Source: Aromatoleum sp.
GTDB taxonomy: Bacteria; Pseudomonadota; Gammaproteobacteria; Burkholderiales; Rhodocyclaceae
Direction of reading: 5' to 3'
Assembly (NCBI RefSeq): GCF_036675785.1
Contig: NZ_JAKFEF010000069.1
Coordinates: 46,239 to 110,238 of the forward strand
Length of the DNA stretch: 64,000 bases
The notes beneath the pieces are model-generated. The model was not told the DNA's origin, made no database searches, and worked only from the letters and a program-made list of their open reading frames with translations. Below are positions 18,879 to 27,889 of the stretch, piece after piece (position 1 is the first letter of the stretch; every line of letters starts with the position of its first letter). The position numbers and the translations under genes are program-made.

Positions 18879-21382
18879 CGACGCTGCCCAATCCCGCGCC
18901 GCGACCGGAAGGCGAAGTCGACGAACTGCGACGACTCTGGAGCCGGCCACGCGGCATTCGCTGCATCACCGTCATCAACAACAACTACATCGGCATCATG
19001 TACGTCGGCGCGGCGTTCCTGTTCTTCGTGCTCGCCGGCATCCTCGCGCTGCTGATGCGCGTGCAGCTCGCGGTGCCGGAGAACGACTTCCTCGGCCCCG
19101 ACCGCTACAATCAGCTCTTCACGATGCACGGCACCGTGATGATGTTCCTGTTCGCGGTGCCGGCGGTCGAGGCGATGGGCATCCTGCTGCTGCCGAACAT
19201 GCTCGGCGCGCGCGACCTGCCGTTCCCGCGCCTGTCCGCCTACGCGTTCTGGGCCTATCTCGTTGGCGGGCTGGTGTTCTTCGCGAGCATCTTCAAAGGC
19301 TGGGCGCCCGACGGCGGCTGGTTCATGAACCCGCCGTTGACGAACGAGACGTACTCGCCGGGCTACAACGCCGATTTCTGGCTGCTCGGCATCGGCTTCA
19401 TCGAAATCTCGGCGATCGCCGGCGCGGTCGAGATCGTCGTCGGCGTGCTGCGCACGCGCGCGCCCGGGATGACGCTCGGCAGGATGCCGATCTTCGCGTG
19501 GGCGATGCTCGTGTTTGCGGTGATGATCATCTTCGCGTTTCCGGCGGTGATCCTCGCGACCGCGCTGCTCGAACTCGAACGCGCGTTCCACTGGCCGTTC
19601 TTCGTCGCCGAACTCGGCGGCGACCCGCTGCTGTGGCAGCACCTGTTCTGGTTCTTCGGCCACCCGGAGGTCTACATCATCTTCCTGCCGGCCGCCGGCA
19701 TGGTTTCGATGATCGTGCCGACGCTGGTGCAGGCGCCGCTCGTCGGTTACCGCTACGTCGCGCTGGCGCTCGCGGCGACCGCGTTCCTGAGCTTCGGCCT
19801 GTGGGTGCACCACATGTTCGCGACCGGCATTCCGCAGCTGTCGCTGTCGTTCTTCCAGGCCGCGAGCATGGCGGTCGCGATTCCGGCGGGCGTCCAGGTG
19901 TTCGCGTGGATCGCGACGCTCGCGCACGGCCGCGGGCGCGTGAAGATGACGACACCCGCGCTCTTCGTCCTCGGCTTCCTCTTCACCTTCGTCCTCGGCG
20001 GGCTCACCGGCGTGATGGTCGCGGTGATCCCGTTCGACTGGCAGGCGCACGACAGCTACTTCATCGTCGCCCACCTGCATTACGTGCTGATCGGCGGCAT
20101 GGTGTTTCCGCTGTTCGCGGGCTTCTACTACTGGATGCCCTACACGAGCCGCCACCGTCTGTCGGAACGGCTCGGGCGCTGGGTCTTCGGGCTGATGTTC
20201 GTCGGCTTCAACATCGCGTTCTTCCCGATGCACATCACCGGGCTCGCGGGGATGCCGCGCCGGGTCTATACGTACGCCGCGGGCTACGGCTGGGACGCGC
20301 TCAATTTCGTGTCGACGGTCGGCGCGTTCCTGATCGCCGCCGGCGTGCTCGTCTTCATCGTCGATGTCGCGCGGAAGTTCCGCATGGCGTCCGAGGACAA
20401 CGCCGGCAACGTCTGGAACGCCGGCACGCTCGAATGGCTGCCGAACGGCAATTATTCCAGCCGCAGCATTCCGATCGTCACGAGCCGCGAGCCGCTGTGG
20501 GATCAACCGAACCTCGCTGCGGACGTCGAGGCCGGTCACTACTACCTGCCGGGTGCGCCGACCGGCGGGCGCGAGACGATCGTCACGAGCGCGCTCGATG
20601 CCAGACCGGAGTTCCTGCTGCGCATGCCGATGCCCGGCTGGGCGCCGCTGGTCGCGGCGTGGTTCACCGCGGCGTTCTTCCTGCTGCTGACGGTGAAGCT
20701 CGTCGTACCCGCGGCGGTCTGCGGCGTCATCGCGATCGCCGGCATGCTGCACTGGGCGTGGGCACTCGACCCGGCGCCGCCCGCCGCGCCGATCGAGATC
20801 GGCGGCGGCATCCACCTGCCGGCCTATCTGAGCGGCCCGCGCTCCCAGTCGTGGTGGGGCGTCGTCGTGCTGCTGCTCGTCTCAGCTGCGCTCTACGGCT
20901 GCGCGGTGTTCTCCTACCTTTACCTGTGGACGGTCGCGCCGTGGACATGGCCCGCGCCCGCGCAGCTTCCGGGCCTCGCCTACCCGTTCGCCGAGGCGCT
21001 GCTGCTCGGCGCGAGCAGCCTCGCGGTCGGGCTCGCGAACCGCCGGCTCTCGGCGGGCCAGCGCCGGATCGGCGCCCCGCTCGTCGCCGGCCTGCTTCTC
21101 CTGGTCGCCGCCGTCGCCGTCGAGGTCTGCGCACAACGCGACTTTCCGCCGGCCGCTTCGGCCTACGGCGCAATCGTCTGGCTGCTCGCGTCGCTCGCCG
21201 GTTTCCAGGCGTTCGTCGTCGTCACGATGGCGGTGTTCACGCTCGCGCGGGCGGCAAGCGGCAAGCTCGACCGGGTGCGCCGCGTCACGTTCGACAACGC
21301 CCGGCTCTTCTGGCATTACACCGTCGGGCAGAGCCTCGTCGGCGTCGCCGTCGTGCATGGCTTTCCGCGGATGCTCGGATGA
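18875..21382 (+). CDS. Haem-copper oxidase subunit I fused to subunit III (835 aa)
   Basis: TMHGTVMMF, WFFGHPEVY, WVHHMF and AHLHYVL, with a C-terminal 5-TM subunit III-like part (LFWHYTVGQ). Confidence 0.9.
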   Translation: MTTLPNPAPRPEGEVDELRRLWSRPRGIRCITVINNNYIGIMYVGAAFLFFVLAGILALLMRVQLAVPENDFLGPDRYNQLFTMHGTVMMFLFAVPAVEAMGILLLPNMLGARDLPFPRLSAYAFWAYLVGGLVFFASIFKGWAPDGGWFMNPPLTNETYSPGYNADFWLLGIGFIEISAIAGAVEIVVGVLRTRAPGMTLGRMPIFAWAMLVFAVMIIFAFPAVILATALLELERAFHWPFFVAELGGDPLLWQHLFWFFGHPEVYIIFLPAAGMVSMIVPTLVQAPLVGYRYVALALAATAFLSFGLWVHHMFATGIPQLSLSFFQAASMAVAIPAGVQVFAWIATLAHGRGRVKMTTPALFVLGFLFTFVLGGLTGVMVAVIPFDWQAHDSYFIVAHLHYVLIGGMVFPLFAGFYYWMPYTSRHRLSERLGRWVFGLMFVGFNIAFFPMHITGLAGMPRRVYTYAAGYGWDALNFVSTVGAFLIAAGVLVFIVDVARKFRMASEDNAGNVWNAGTLEWLPNGNYSSRSIPIVTSREPLWDQPNLAADVEAGHYYLPGAPTGGRETIVTSALDARPEFLLRMPMPGWAPLVAAWFTAAFFLLLTVKLVVPAAVCGVIAIAGMLHWAWALDPAPPAAPIEIGGGIHLPAYLSGPRSQSWWGVVVLLLVSAALYGCAVFSYLYLWTVAPWTWPAPAQLPGLAYPFAEALLLGASSLAVGLANRRLSAGQRRIGAPLVAGLLLLVAAVAVEVCAQRDFPPAASAYGAIVWLLASLAGFQAFVVVTMAVFTLARAASGKLDRVRRVTFDNARLFWHYTVGQSLVGVAVVHGFPRMLG

Positions 21383-21678
21383 ACGCCGATCTCGCCCGCC
21401 TGCGCATGCTCTCCGGCGTCGTCATCTGGGCGCTGCACTTCGCCGCGATCTACGGTTTCACGGCCGTCGCGTGTGCACGCCGGTTCCCCGGCCCGGTGCC
21501 GCTCGCGGTCGCGCTGGCGACGCTCGTCGGCGCAACCGCGTGCGCGCTCATCGTCATCGCCGAGCTGCGCGGGCGGCAGGGGTTCGAGTCCTGGATGACC
21601 GGCGGGCTCGTGGCGATCGCGCTGCTCGCGATCGTCTGGGAAGCCGTACCGGTTCTCGTCGTCACGCCATGCGAGTGA
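21379..21678 (+). CDS. Small 3-TM membrane protein (possible oxidase subunit IV-like accessory subunit)
   Basis: ATGA overlap with subunit I/III. 99 aa with three hydrophobic segments and no recognisable motif. Confidence 0.6.
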   Translation: MNADLARLRMLSGVVIWALHFAAIYGFTAVACARRFPGPVPLAVALATLVGATACALIVIAELRGRQGFESWMTGGLVAIALLAIVWEAVPVLVVTPCE

Positions 21679-22097
21679 GCACTGCAGACCTTTCCAGCGG
21701 TTCGCTTTTCCCGGCCGCCATCCGGGCGACGTCGCCGCACCGTGTGCTCGGTCGGTTCGCCGCTGTCGTCTGCATCGTCCTCGCCGGCTGCGGTGACAAT
21801 CCGCCGCCTGCACTGGGCGGCGACCCGGACAACGGGCGCCTGCTGCTGCGCCAGTTCGGCTGCGGCAGTTGCCACCGCATTCCCGGGGTCGCGGCGGCAC
21901 GCGGCAACGTCGGCCCGTCGCTGGAGGGCGTCGCGACGCGCGTCTATCTCGGCGGGGTGTTGCCGAACACGCCCGAAAACATGGTCCGGTGGATCCGCAA
22001 CCCGAAGCAGTTCGACCCCGAAACCGCGATGCCGGACCTGCCTATCGCCGAAGGACAGGCGCGCGACATCGTCGCCTACCTTCAGGGCCTGAAATGA
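21669..22097 (+). CDS. Monohaem c-type cytochrome, lipoprotein
   Basis: Lipobox VLAGCG, one CGSCH, and a distal Met in ETAMPDL. Confidence 0.85.
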   Translation: MRVSTADLSSGSLFPAAIRATSPHRVLGRFAAVVCIVLAGCGDNPPPALGGDPDNGRLLLRQFGCGSCHRIPGVAAARGNVGPSLEGVATRVYLGGVLPNTPENMVRWIRNPKQFDPETAMPDLPIAEGQARDIVAYLQGLK

Positions 22098-22915
22098 AAA
22101 GACTTCTTTTCGCGCTGTCCGCCCTCGCAGCGACCGTTGCCGTCGCCGCGGCCGTCGTCATCTATGGCGGTCTCTACGACATCTCGGCGACGGATCAGCA
22201 CCTCGCGCCGACCTACCGGATTCTCGATGTGGCGATGCGACGCTCGATCGCGCGGCGCGCGGCGAACATCGTCGTGCCGCCGCTCGACGCCCCGCCGATG
22301 CTCGACCGCGGACTCGCGCTCTACGACGCGCATTGCGTGCAGTGTCACGGCGCGCCGGGCGTCGCACCGGAACCGTTCGCGCTCGGCCTGACGCCGGCCC
22401 CCGCGAACCTCGCCCACACGGCTCGCGCGTGGCCGCCGGCCGACATCTACTGGGTGGTGCGCAACGGCATCAAGATGACGGGCATGCCCGCGTGGCAGTT
22501 ACGGCTCAGCGACGCCGACCTCTGGGCCGTCGTCGCGTTCGTCGAGAAGCTGCCGGAGCTGTCGCCCCGCGATTACGACGGACTGACCGGCGCGCTCGGG
22601 CCGGCCCGCACCGAGGAGATGCCGGTGCGCAACCGGCCCGACCCGGAACGCGGCAAAACGGCGATGCAGCAATACGCCTGCGTGACCTGCCACCGGATCC
22701 CCGGTCTCGTCGGGCCACACGCGCCGGTGGGCCCGCCACTCGACGGCATCGGCAGCCGGACCTACATCGCCGGCGTGCTGCGCAACGAGCCCGACAACAT
22801 GATCCGCTGGCTGCGCTCGCCGCAGGACGTCAACGCCGCGAGCGCGATGCCGAATCTCGGCGTCGGCGAGCAGGACGCGCGCGACATCGCGGCCTATCTC
22901 GCGACGCTGGATTAG
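22094..22915 (+). CDS. Membrane-anchored dihaem c-type cytochrome
   Basis: N-terminal TM helix with CVQCH and CVTCH. The second domain is paralogous to the preceding monohaem protein. Confidence 0.85.
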   Translation: MKRLLFALSALAATVAVAAAVVIYGGLYDISATDQHLAPTYRILDVAMRRSIARRAANIVVPPLDAPPMLDRGLALYDAHCVQCHGAPGVAPEPFALGLTPAPANLAHTARAWPPADIYWVVRNGIKMTGMPAWQLRLSDADLWAVVAFVEKLPELSPRDYDGLTGALGPARTEEMPVRNRPDPERGKTAMQQYACVTCHRIPGLVGPHAPVGPPLDGIGSRTYIAGVLRNEPDNMIRWLRSPQDVNAASAMPNLGVGEQDARDIAAYLATLD

Positions 22916-23150
22916 GGCGCGCACTCCCCGACCGCCCCCGGCTGCGACGGACGAGGTCCGGGGGCACGCGGATTGCATGTTTTCCGGGTCGCGAGCGTGA
23001 CGAAAAACCGGACGGGCCGTGACCATGGCGTTTGATCACGCGGTCGAGTCCGACAACGACACTCGCATACCCCGCCCACTTCCGCGCCCCGCACCGGGAC
23101 AGCCGATCCCGGGCCGCTCGCCAAACCGGAGTCTTGCCAGGAGAAGGTCC

Positions 23151-24461
23151 ATGGATCGCAGCCCGCTCCTCCTATCCGTCGTGTTTTCGCTTGGACTCGG
23201 CGCGTGCGCGGAACACGCGCAGCTTTTGCCGTCGGCCAGCGTGGGGCCCGATCCGACGCTGCCGCCGCCGACGAAGTCGCTGATTCCCACCGTCGACATC
23301 GCGCCCGCAGCGGGATGGCCGGACGGCGTGAAGCCGACCGGACCGGCCGGCACTCGCGTCGACGCGTTCGCGACGGGGCTCGATCATCCGCGCTGGCTCT
23401 ACGTGCTGCCCAATGGCGACGTGCTCGTCGCCGAGACGAACGCGCCCGAACGGCCCGAACAGGGCAAAGGGATCAAGGGCCGCGTGATGAAGATGGTCCA
23501 GAAACGCGCCGGCGCAGGCGTGCCGAGCGCTAACCGGATCACGCTGCTGCGCGATGCGGACGGCGATGGCACGGCAGAAGGCCGCTTCGCGTTTCTCGAA
23601 GGCCTCAACTCGCCGTTCGGCATGACGCTGGTCGGACGTGACCTGTACGTCGCGAACACCGACGCCGTCGTCCGCTTCCGCTACGAGGAAGGGCAGACGT
23701 CGATTACCGCGTCCGGGACGAAGCTCGTCGACCTGCCGGCCGGCCGGCTCAACCATCACTGGACGAAGAACGTCATTGCGAGCCCCGACGGTTCGAAGCT
23801 CTACGTGACGACGGGGTCGAACAGCAACGTCGCCGAGAACGGCATCGAAGCCGAAGCCGGGCGCGCCGCGATCTGGGAAGTGGACGCGAAAACCGGGGAG
23901 CACCGCGTGTTCGCGAGCGGGCTGCGCAATCCGAACGGACTCGACTGGCACCGCGGCACGGGCAAGCTGTGGACGGTCGTCAACGAACGCGACGAACTCG
24001 GCAGCGACCTCGTGCCGGATTACCTGACGTCGGTCGCCGACGGCGCGTTCTACGGCTGGCCGTACAGCTACTTCGGCAACCGCGTCGACGAACGGGTCGT
24101 GCCGCCGCGGCCCGATCTCGTCGCGACCGCCATCAAGCCCGACTACGCGCTCGTCCCGCACAGCGCCCCGCTCGGCCTCGCGTTCGCCGACGGCAGCGCG
24201 CTGCCGCCGCCGTTCCGCAACGGGGCCTTCATCGGGCTGCATGGGTCGTGGAACCGCAGGCCGCCGAGCGGCTACAAGGTCGTCTTCGTGCCGTTCGCGG
24301 ACGGCCTGCCGAGCGGCGAGCCGATCGACGTGCTGACCGGATTCCTCTCCGCAGACGGTGATGCGTACGGCCGGCCGGTCGGCGTGGCGATCGACCGCAG
24401 CGGCGCGCTGCTCGTCGCCGACGACGTCGGCAACGTGGTCTGGCGGGTGGCGCCGCGCTGA
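23151..24461 (+). CDS. PQQ-dependent sugar (sorbosone/aldose) dehydrogenase family lipoprotein
   Basis: Lipobox LGLGAC and beta-propeller motifs ([35 protein letters not shown]). GGAGAAGG lies upstream of the ATG at 23151. Confidence 0.85.
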   Translation: MDRSPLLLSVVFSLGLGACAEHAQLLPSASVGPDPTLPPPTKSLIPTVDIAPAAGWPDGVKPTGPAGTRVDAFATGLDHPRWLYVLPNGDVLVAETNAPERPEQGKGIKGRVMKMVQKRAGAGVPSANRITLLRDADGDGTAEGRFAFLEGLNSPFGMTLVGRDLYVANTDAVVRFRYEEGQTSITASGTKLVDLPAGRLNHHWTKNVIASPDGSKLYVTTGSNSNVAENGIEAEAGRAAIWEVDAKTGEHRVFASGLRNPNGLDWHRGTGKLWTVVNERDELGSDLVPDYLTSVADGAFYGWPYSYFGNRVDERVVPPRPDLVATAIKPDYALVPHSAPLGLAFADGSALPPPFRNGAFIGLHGSWNRRPPSGYKVVFVPFADGLPSGEPIDVLTGFLSADGDAYGRPVGVAIDRSGALLVADDVGNVVWRVAPR

Positions 24462-24540
24462 GTCATGGCAACGGTTTCAAACGCGCGGCAGTTCTTGCAT
24501 CGCGGGGACACGCGGCCGCTTCCGACGGCCGCGCACGCCG

Positions 24541-25251
24541 CTATGCCCGCGGCGCGTCCTCGACTTCGTCGCGCGTAACCTTCAGCCGCATCTCGCGCGT
24601 CAGCCAGTCCACGCTGTCGACGGCATCGACCGGCACCAGCACATGTTTGCCCGGCAGCCAGTTGCGCGTGTCGACGATCATCCGGTCGATCCCCCAGTTC
24701 GTTTCGTCGACGACGAAATCCTCGACGTGACCGATCGGACCATCGGTCGCGACGACCCGGTAGCCGATCACTTCGTCGCTGCTGCGCAGGTGCGACTCGC
24801 GCGCCTGCTGCTCCGCCTCCTTCAAGTCCTGCGTGCGCTCGCGCGGCGGCGCTCCCTGCGGCGGAGTCGTCACCGACGGCGCGCCGGTGATCGGATGTTG
24901 CGTCGTGCCCCAAAGGTAAGGGCCGTCCCAGTAGAACGGATAACCGTAGTAGTTCGCGTGCGCTTCCTCGAACTGACGCGACACCGGCTGGTGCTCGTCC
25001 GGCCCCGGACAGTTGCGGACCTGCTCGCGGGTCAGCGTGACCGCGATGTCCTTGTGGCCGGAGCCGTTGCGGCGGATCGACGCGGGCGAAATCAGGACTT
25101 TTCGCCCTGGCACTCCGGTGCCGGCATCGACTTCGAGGTAGCGCACGACCCAGCGCTGGTCATCGAAATACACGTCCCGAACCGTCCCGATCCGGCCGTC
25201 GGTTGCGACGAGATGCTTGCCGAACAGTTCGCCTTTTGCCTCGAGAAGCAT
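24541..25251 (-). CDS. Tandem PRC-barrel domain protein
   Basis: Two PRC-barrel-like segments (LVATDGRIGTVRDVYFDD and VVATDGPIGHVEDFVVDE) joined by a linker containing YYGYPFYWDGPYLWG. Confidence 0.8.
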   Translation of the reverse strand: MLLEAKGELFGKHLVATDGRIGTVRDVYFDDQRWVVRYLEVDAGTGVPGRKVLISPASIRRNGSGHKDIAVTLTREQVRNCPGPDEHQPVSRQFEEAHANYYGYPFYWDGPYLWGTTQHPITGAPSVTTPPQGAPPRERTQDLKEAEQQARESHLRSSDEVIGYRVVATDGPIGHVEDFVVDETNWGIDRMIVDTRNWLPGKHVLVPVDAVDSVDWLTREMRLKVTRDEVEDAPRA

Positions 25252-25363
25252 ATCGGTCTCCTTCGTTTCGTCGCAGTCCGGTCATTCCAGCAAACACCGT
25301 TCCGCCGTCTCGCGGGAACGCCGCTTGCGGACCCGCCGATCATCGACCACCCGCGAGGCCGCG

Positions 25364-26141
25364 ATGAACGACCGGCTGAAGGACCGCATTGCAATCGTCA
25401 CCGGATCGGACTCCGGCATCGGCCAAGCGATCGCCGAAGCCTTCGCCGCCGAAGGCGCAGACGTCGTCGTCACGTATCTGGACGATCGCCAGGGCGCGGA
25501 CGAGACGCGCGGGCGCATCGAAACAGCGGGCCGCCGAGCCGAAGTCATCCGGGTGGACCAGCGCGAGCCGCTCGAAGTCGACCGCCTCTTCCGCGAAACG
25601 CGAAATACACTCGGCATTCCCTACATTCTGGTAAACAACGCCGCGGTCGGCGGCGTCGGCGGGCAGTGGTCGACACGTCGCCGGAAGACTGGGACAGGGT
25701 TCTGAAGACTGACCTGTACGGGCCGTTCTATTGCTGCCGTCACTTCGTGCGCGAGAGGCGCGCCGCGGGCGGCCGGGGCAAGATCATCAACGTCACGTCG
25801 GTGCACGAGGAAATCCCGCTCGCGGACGCCGCCGCGTACAACGCCGCGAAGGCGGCTTGCGCAACCTCACCCGCACGCTGTGCCTCGAACTCGCGCCGGA
25901 CCACATCAATGTGAACAACATCGCGCCGGGGATGGTGCTGACGCCGATGAACCAGCAGGCGATCGACGACCCGGCGGCGCGCGAACGGCAAGTGCAGCAC
26001 ATCCCGTGGAAACGCGCGGCCGAACCGTGGGAAATCGCGCGACTCGCGCTGTACCTCGCGTCCGAGGATGCCGACTACGTGACGGGGCAGACCTTCACGA
26101 TCGACGGCGGCCTTTCAATCAACGTCGGCCAGGGCGCGTAG
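25364..26141 (+). pseudogene. Short-chain dehydrogenase/reductase (glucose 1-dehydrogenase / FabG-like) interrupted by two -1 frame changes
   Basis: Three pieces fall in three frames. Piece 1 is TGSDSGIGQAIA...VNNAAVGG. Piece 2 is VVDTSPEDWDRVLKTDLYGPFYC...NVTSVHEEIPLADAAAYNAAK. Piece 3 is GGLRNLTRTLCLELAPDHINVNNIAPG...TFTIDGG. The breaks are near 25665 and 25861. Confidence 0.8.
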
Positions 26142-26277
26142 TCCGGCCACGTCGTCCGGCCAAAGCGGCGCTTCCAAATCCTCGGTATCGACGCAACGGG
26201 CTCTCGACATCAACGAGAGCCGGAACGCTTCGGGCGCCCCGTCCGCGCCCGGCGCGCGGCAGGTTCCCCTCCCCGGG

Positions 26278-26976
26278 TCAGGGCTGCTTTTCGCGCGAGC
26301 CGACGAGCTCGGCTAGACCCCACCACAGAAGCGCCCAGAGCGCCCCCGCCGCCCACCCGGCCAGCACATCGGTCGGCCAATGCACACCGAGATAGACCCG
26401 GCTCATCCCGATCAGCAGCGTGAGGATCAGCGCGACGGTCATCACGTAGAGCTTCAGCCTGCGGCGCGGGACGATCCGCGCAAGCAGCGCGCCGAGCGTC
26501 AGGTAAACGAGCGCGGAAATCATCGCGTGTCCACTCGGAAAACTCGCGGAGACAACGTAATCGCCGTGCGGAAAGAGATCGGGCCGCGGGCGCGAGAAGA
26601 TGTGTTTGAGCAGCGAGGACACAAGGGCACCGCTGACGGTCGCGACAATGACGAACGCCGCGGTCCGCCGCTTCTGCGCGAGAATGAGAAAGACGCCGAC
26701 CGCCAGCACGACGAGCCCGAGCACCGGGAAACTTCCGAGCGCGGTGACATCCCGCGCTGCAGCCTGCAGCCACGGCGGGCCGATATCGCCGGTCACCCCC
26801 AATGCCGCAAGAATCGCGCTATCGACCGTGTGGGCTTCCCCTTCGATGACCTCGTCGGCGACTTCGATGAAAGCCCAAAGCGCCGACGTCGCCGCAACGA
26901 CGATCGCGAGAATTCGCGGTTCGAGCCAGCCCCGAAGAAAGCGCAACACGAGATCTCCGAATAAGCCAAAAAGCAA
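26278..26976 (-). CDS. PAP2-family membrane phosphatase
   Basis: KHIFSRPRP...SFPSGHA...SRVYLGVHWPTDV, the three PAP2 motifs. Confidence 0.9.
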   Translation of the reverse strand: MLFGLFGDLVLRFLRGWLEPRILAIVVAATSALWAFIEVADEVIEGEAHTVDSAILAALGVTGDIGPPWLQAAARDVTALGSFPVLGLVVLAVGVFLILAQKRRTAAFVIVATVSGALVSSLLKHIFSRPRPDLFPHGDYVVSASFPSGHAMISALVYLTLGALLARIVPRRRLKLYVMTVALILTLLIGMSRVYLGVHWPTDVLAGWAAGALWALLWWGLAELVGSREKQP

Positions 26977-27016
26977 AAAGGCCAGTCTTTCGACTGGCCC
27001 AAGTGCTTGATTCTAT

Positions 27017-27094
<78 letters not shown>

Positions 27095-27105
27095 CACGAG
27101 TGCGC

Positions 27106-27140
27106 ATTATAGCAGTATCGGTCCGGTTTGCCACTGTCAC
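27106..27140 (-). promoter_or_regulatory. Probable tRNA-Pro promoter (-10 TATAAT at 27106-27111, GC-rich discriminator)
   Basis: The minus strand reads ...gtggcaaaccggaccgatactgcTATAATgcgcactcgtgt followed by the tRNA 5' end. The -35 element is weak. Confidence 0.5.
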
Positions 27141-27212
27141 GCGCGGACCTCGCCTAAGCCGGCGCTGAGCGAGGCGAATTGACCGACCCCGCCCATTACC
27201 GGGCGGTCCGCG

Positions 27213-27593
27213 TCACGCCCGGAGTTGTTCGAGCGTTTCGACGATCTCGGCACGCACGTGCGCGAGCGCGCTGCGAAGGCGGTCGGCTTCTTCCGCTTCC
27301 TCGTGCTGGTGAATCGCGGTCTCGTCGAGCTTGTTACGCGCCCCGGAGATCGTGAAGCCCTCGTTGTAGAGCAGTTCGCGGATCCGGCGCACGAGCAGCA
27401 CCTCGTGGTGCTGGTAGTAGCGCCTGTTGCCACGCCGCTTCACGGGTTTCAGCTGGGTGAACTCCTGCTCCCAGTACCGGAGCACGTGCGGCTTCACCGC
27501 GCACAGCTCGCTGACTTCGCCGATCGTGAAATAACGCTTGGCGGGAATCGGCGGGAGTTGCTCCGCCTCGTCGTTATGGCTGCTTGCTTGCAT
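27213..27593 (-). CDS. MerR-family transcriptional regulator (the type commonly found downstream of ihfA)
   Basis: HTH segment [25 protein letters not shown]. Confidence 0.85.
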   Translation of the reverse strand: MQASSHNDEAEQLPPIPAKRYFTIGEVSELCAVKPHVLRYWEQEFTQLKPVKRRGNRRYYQHHEVLLVRRIRELLYNEGFTISGARNKLDETAIHQHEEAEEADRLRSALAHVRAEIVETLEQLRA

Positions 27594-27885
27594 CGCTCAA
27601 CTGCTCCACAGCGGCCTTCAGCTTCTGGCTCGCGTGAAAGGTGACGACCCGGCGCGCGGTGATCGGAATCTCTTCACCGGTCTTCGGATTGCGCCCGGGG
27701 CGCTGCGGCTTGTCGCGGAGCTGGAAATTTCCGAAACCCGACAGCTTGACGCATTCGCCGCGCTCGAGCGCCTGCCGGATCTCTTCGAAGAAGCCTTCGA
27801 CCATGTCCTTGGCTTCGCGCTTGTTGAGGCCGACGCGCTCGAACAGCAGGTCGGCGAGTTCCGCCTTCGTAAGGGTGATGTTCAT
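27574..27885 (-). CDS. ihfA: Integration host factor subunit alpha
   Basis: [36 protein letters not shown]...[12 protein letters not shown]. Confidence 0.95.
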   Translation of the reverse strand: MNITLTKAELADLLFERVGLNKREAKDMVEGFFEEIRQALERGECVKLSGFGNFQLRDKPQRPGRNPKTGEEIPITARRVVTFHASQKLKAAVEQLSDASKQP

Positions 27886-27889
27886 CTGA

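Noticed and set aside
16164-20815. Very long minus-strand ORFs (928 aa at 16164-18950 and 658 aa at 18839-20815) antisense to the oxidase genes. Similar ORFs lie at 15043-16797 (minus), 37115-39508 (plus) and 28505-29911 (plus).
   Set aside because: They are Arg/Ala/Gly/Pro-rich low-complexity translations with no motifs, lying exactly opposite genes that have unmistakable family signatures. This is the usual stop-codon-poor shadow-frame artefact of high-GC DNA.
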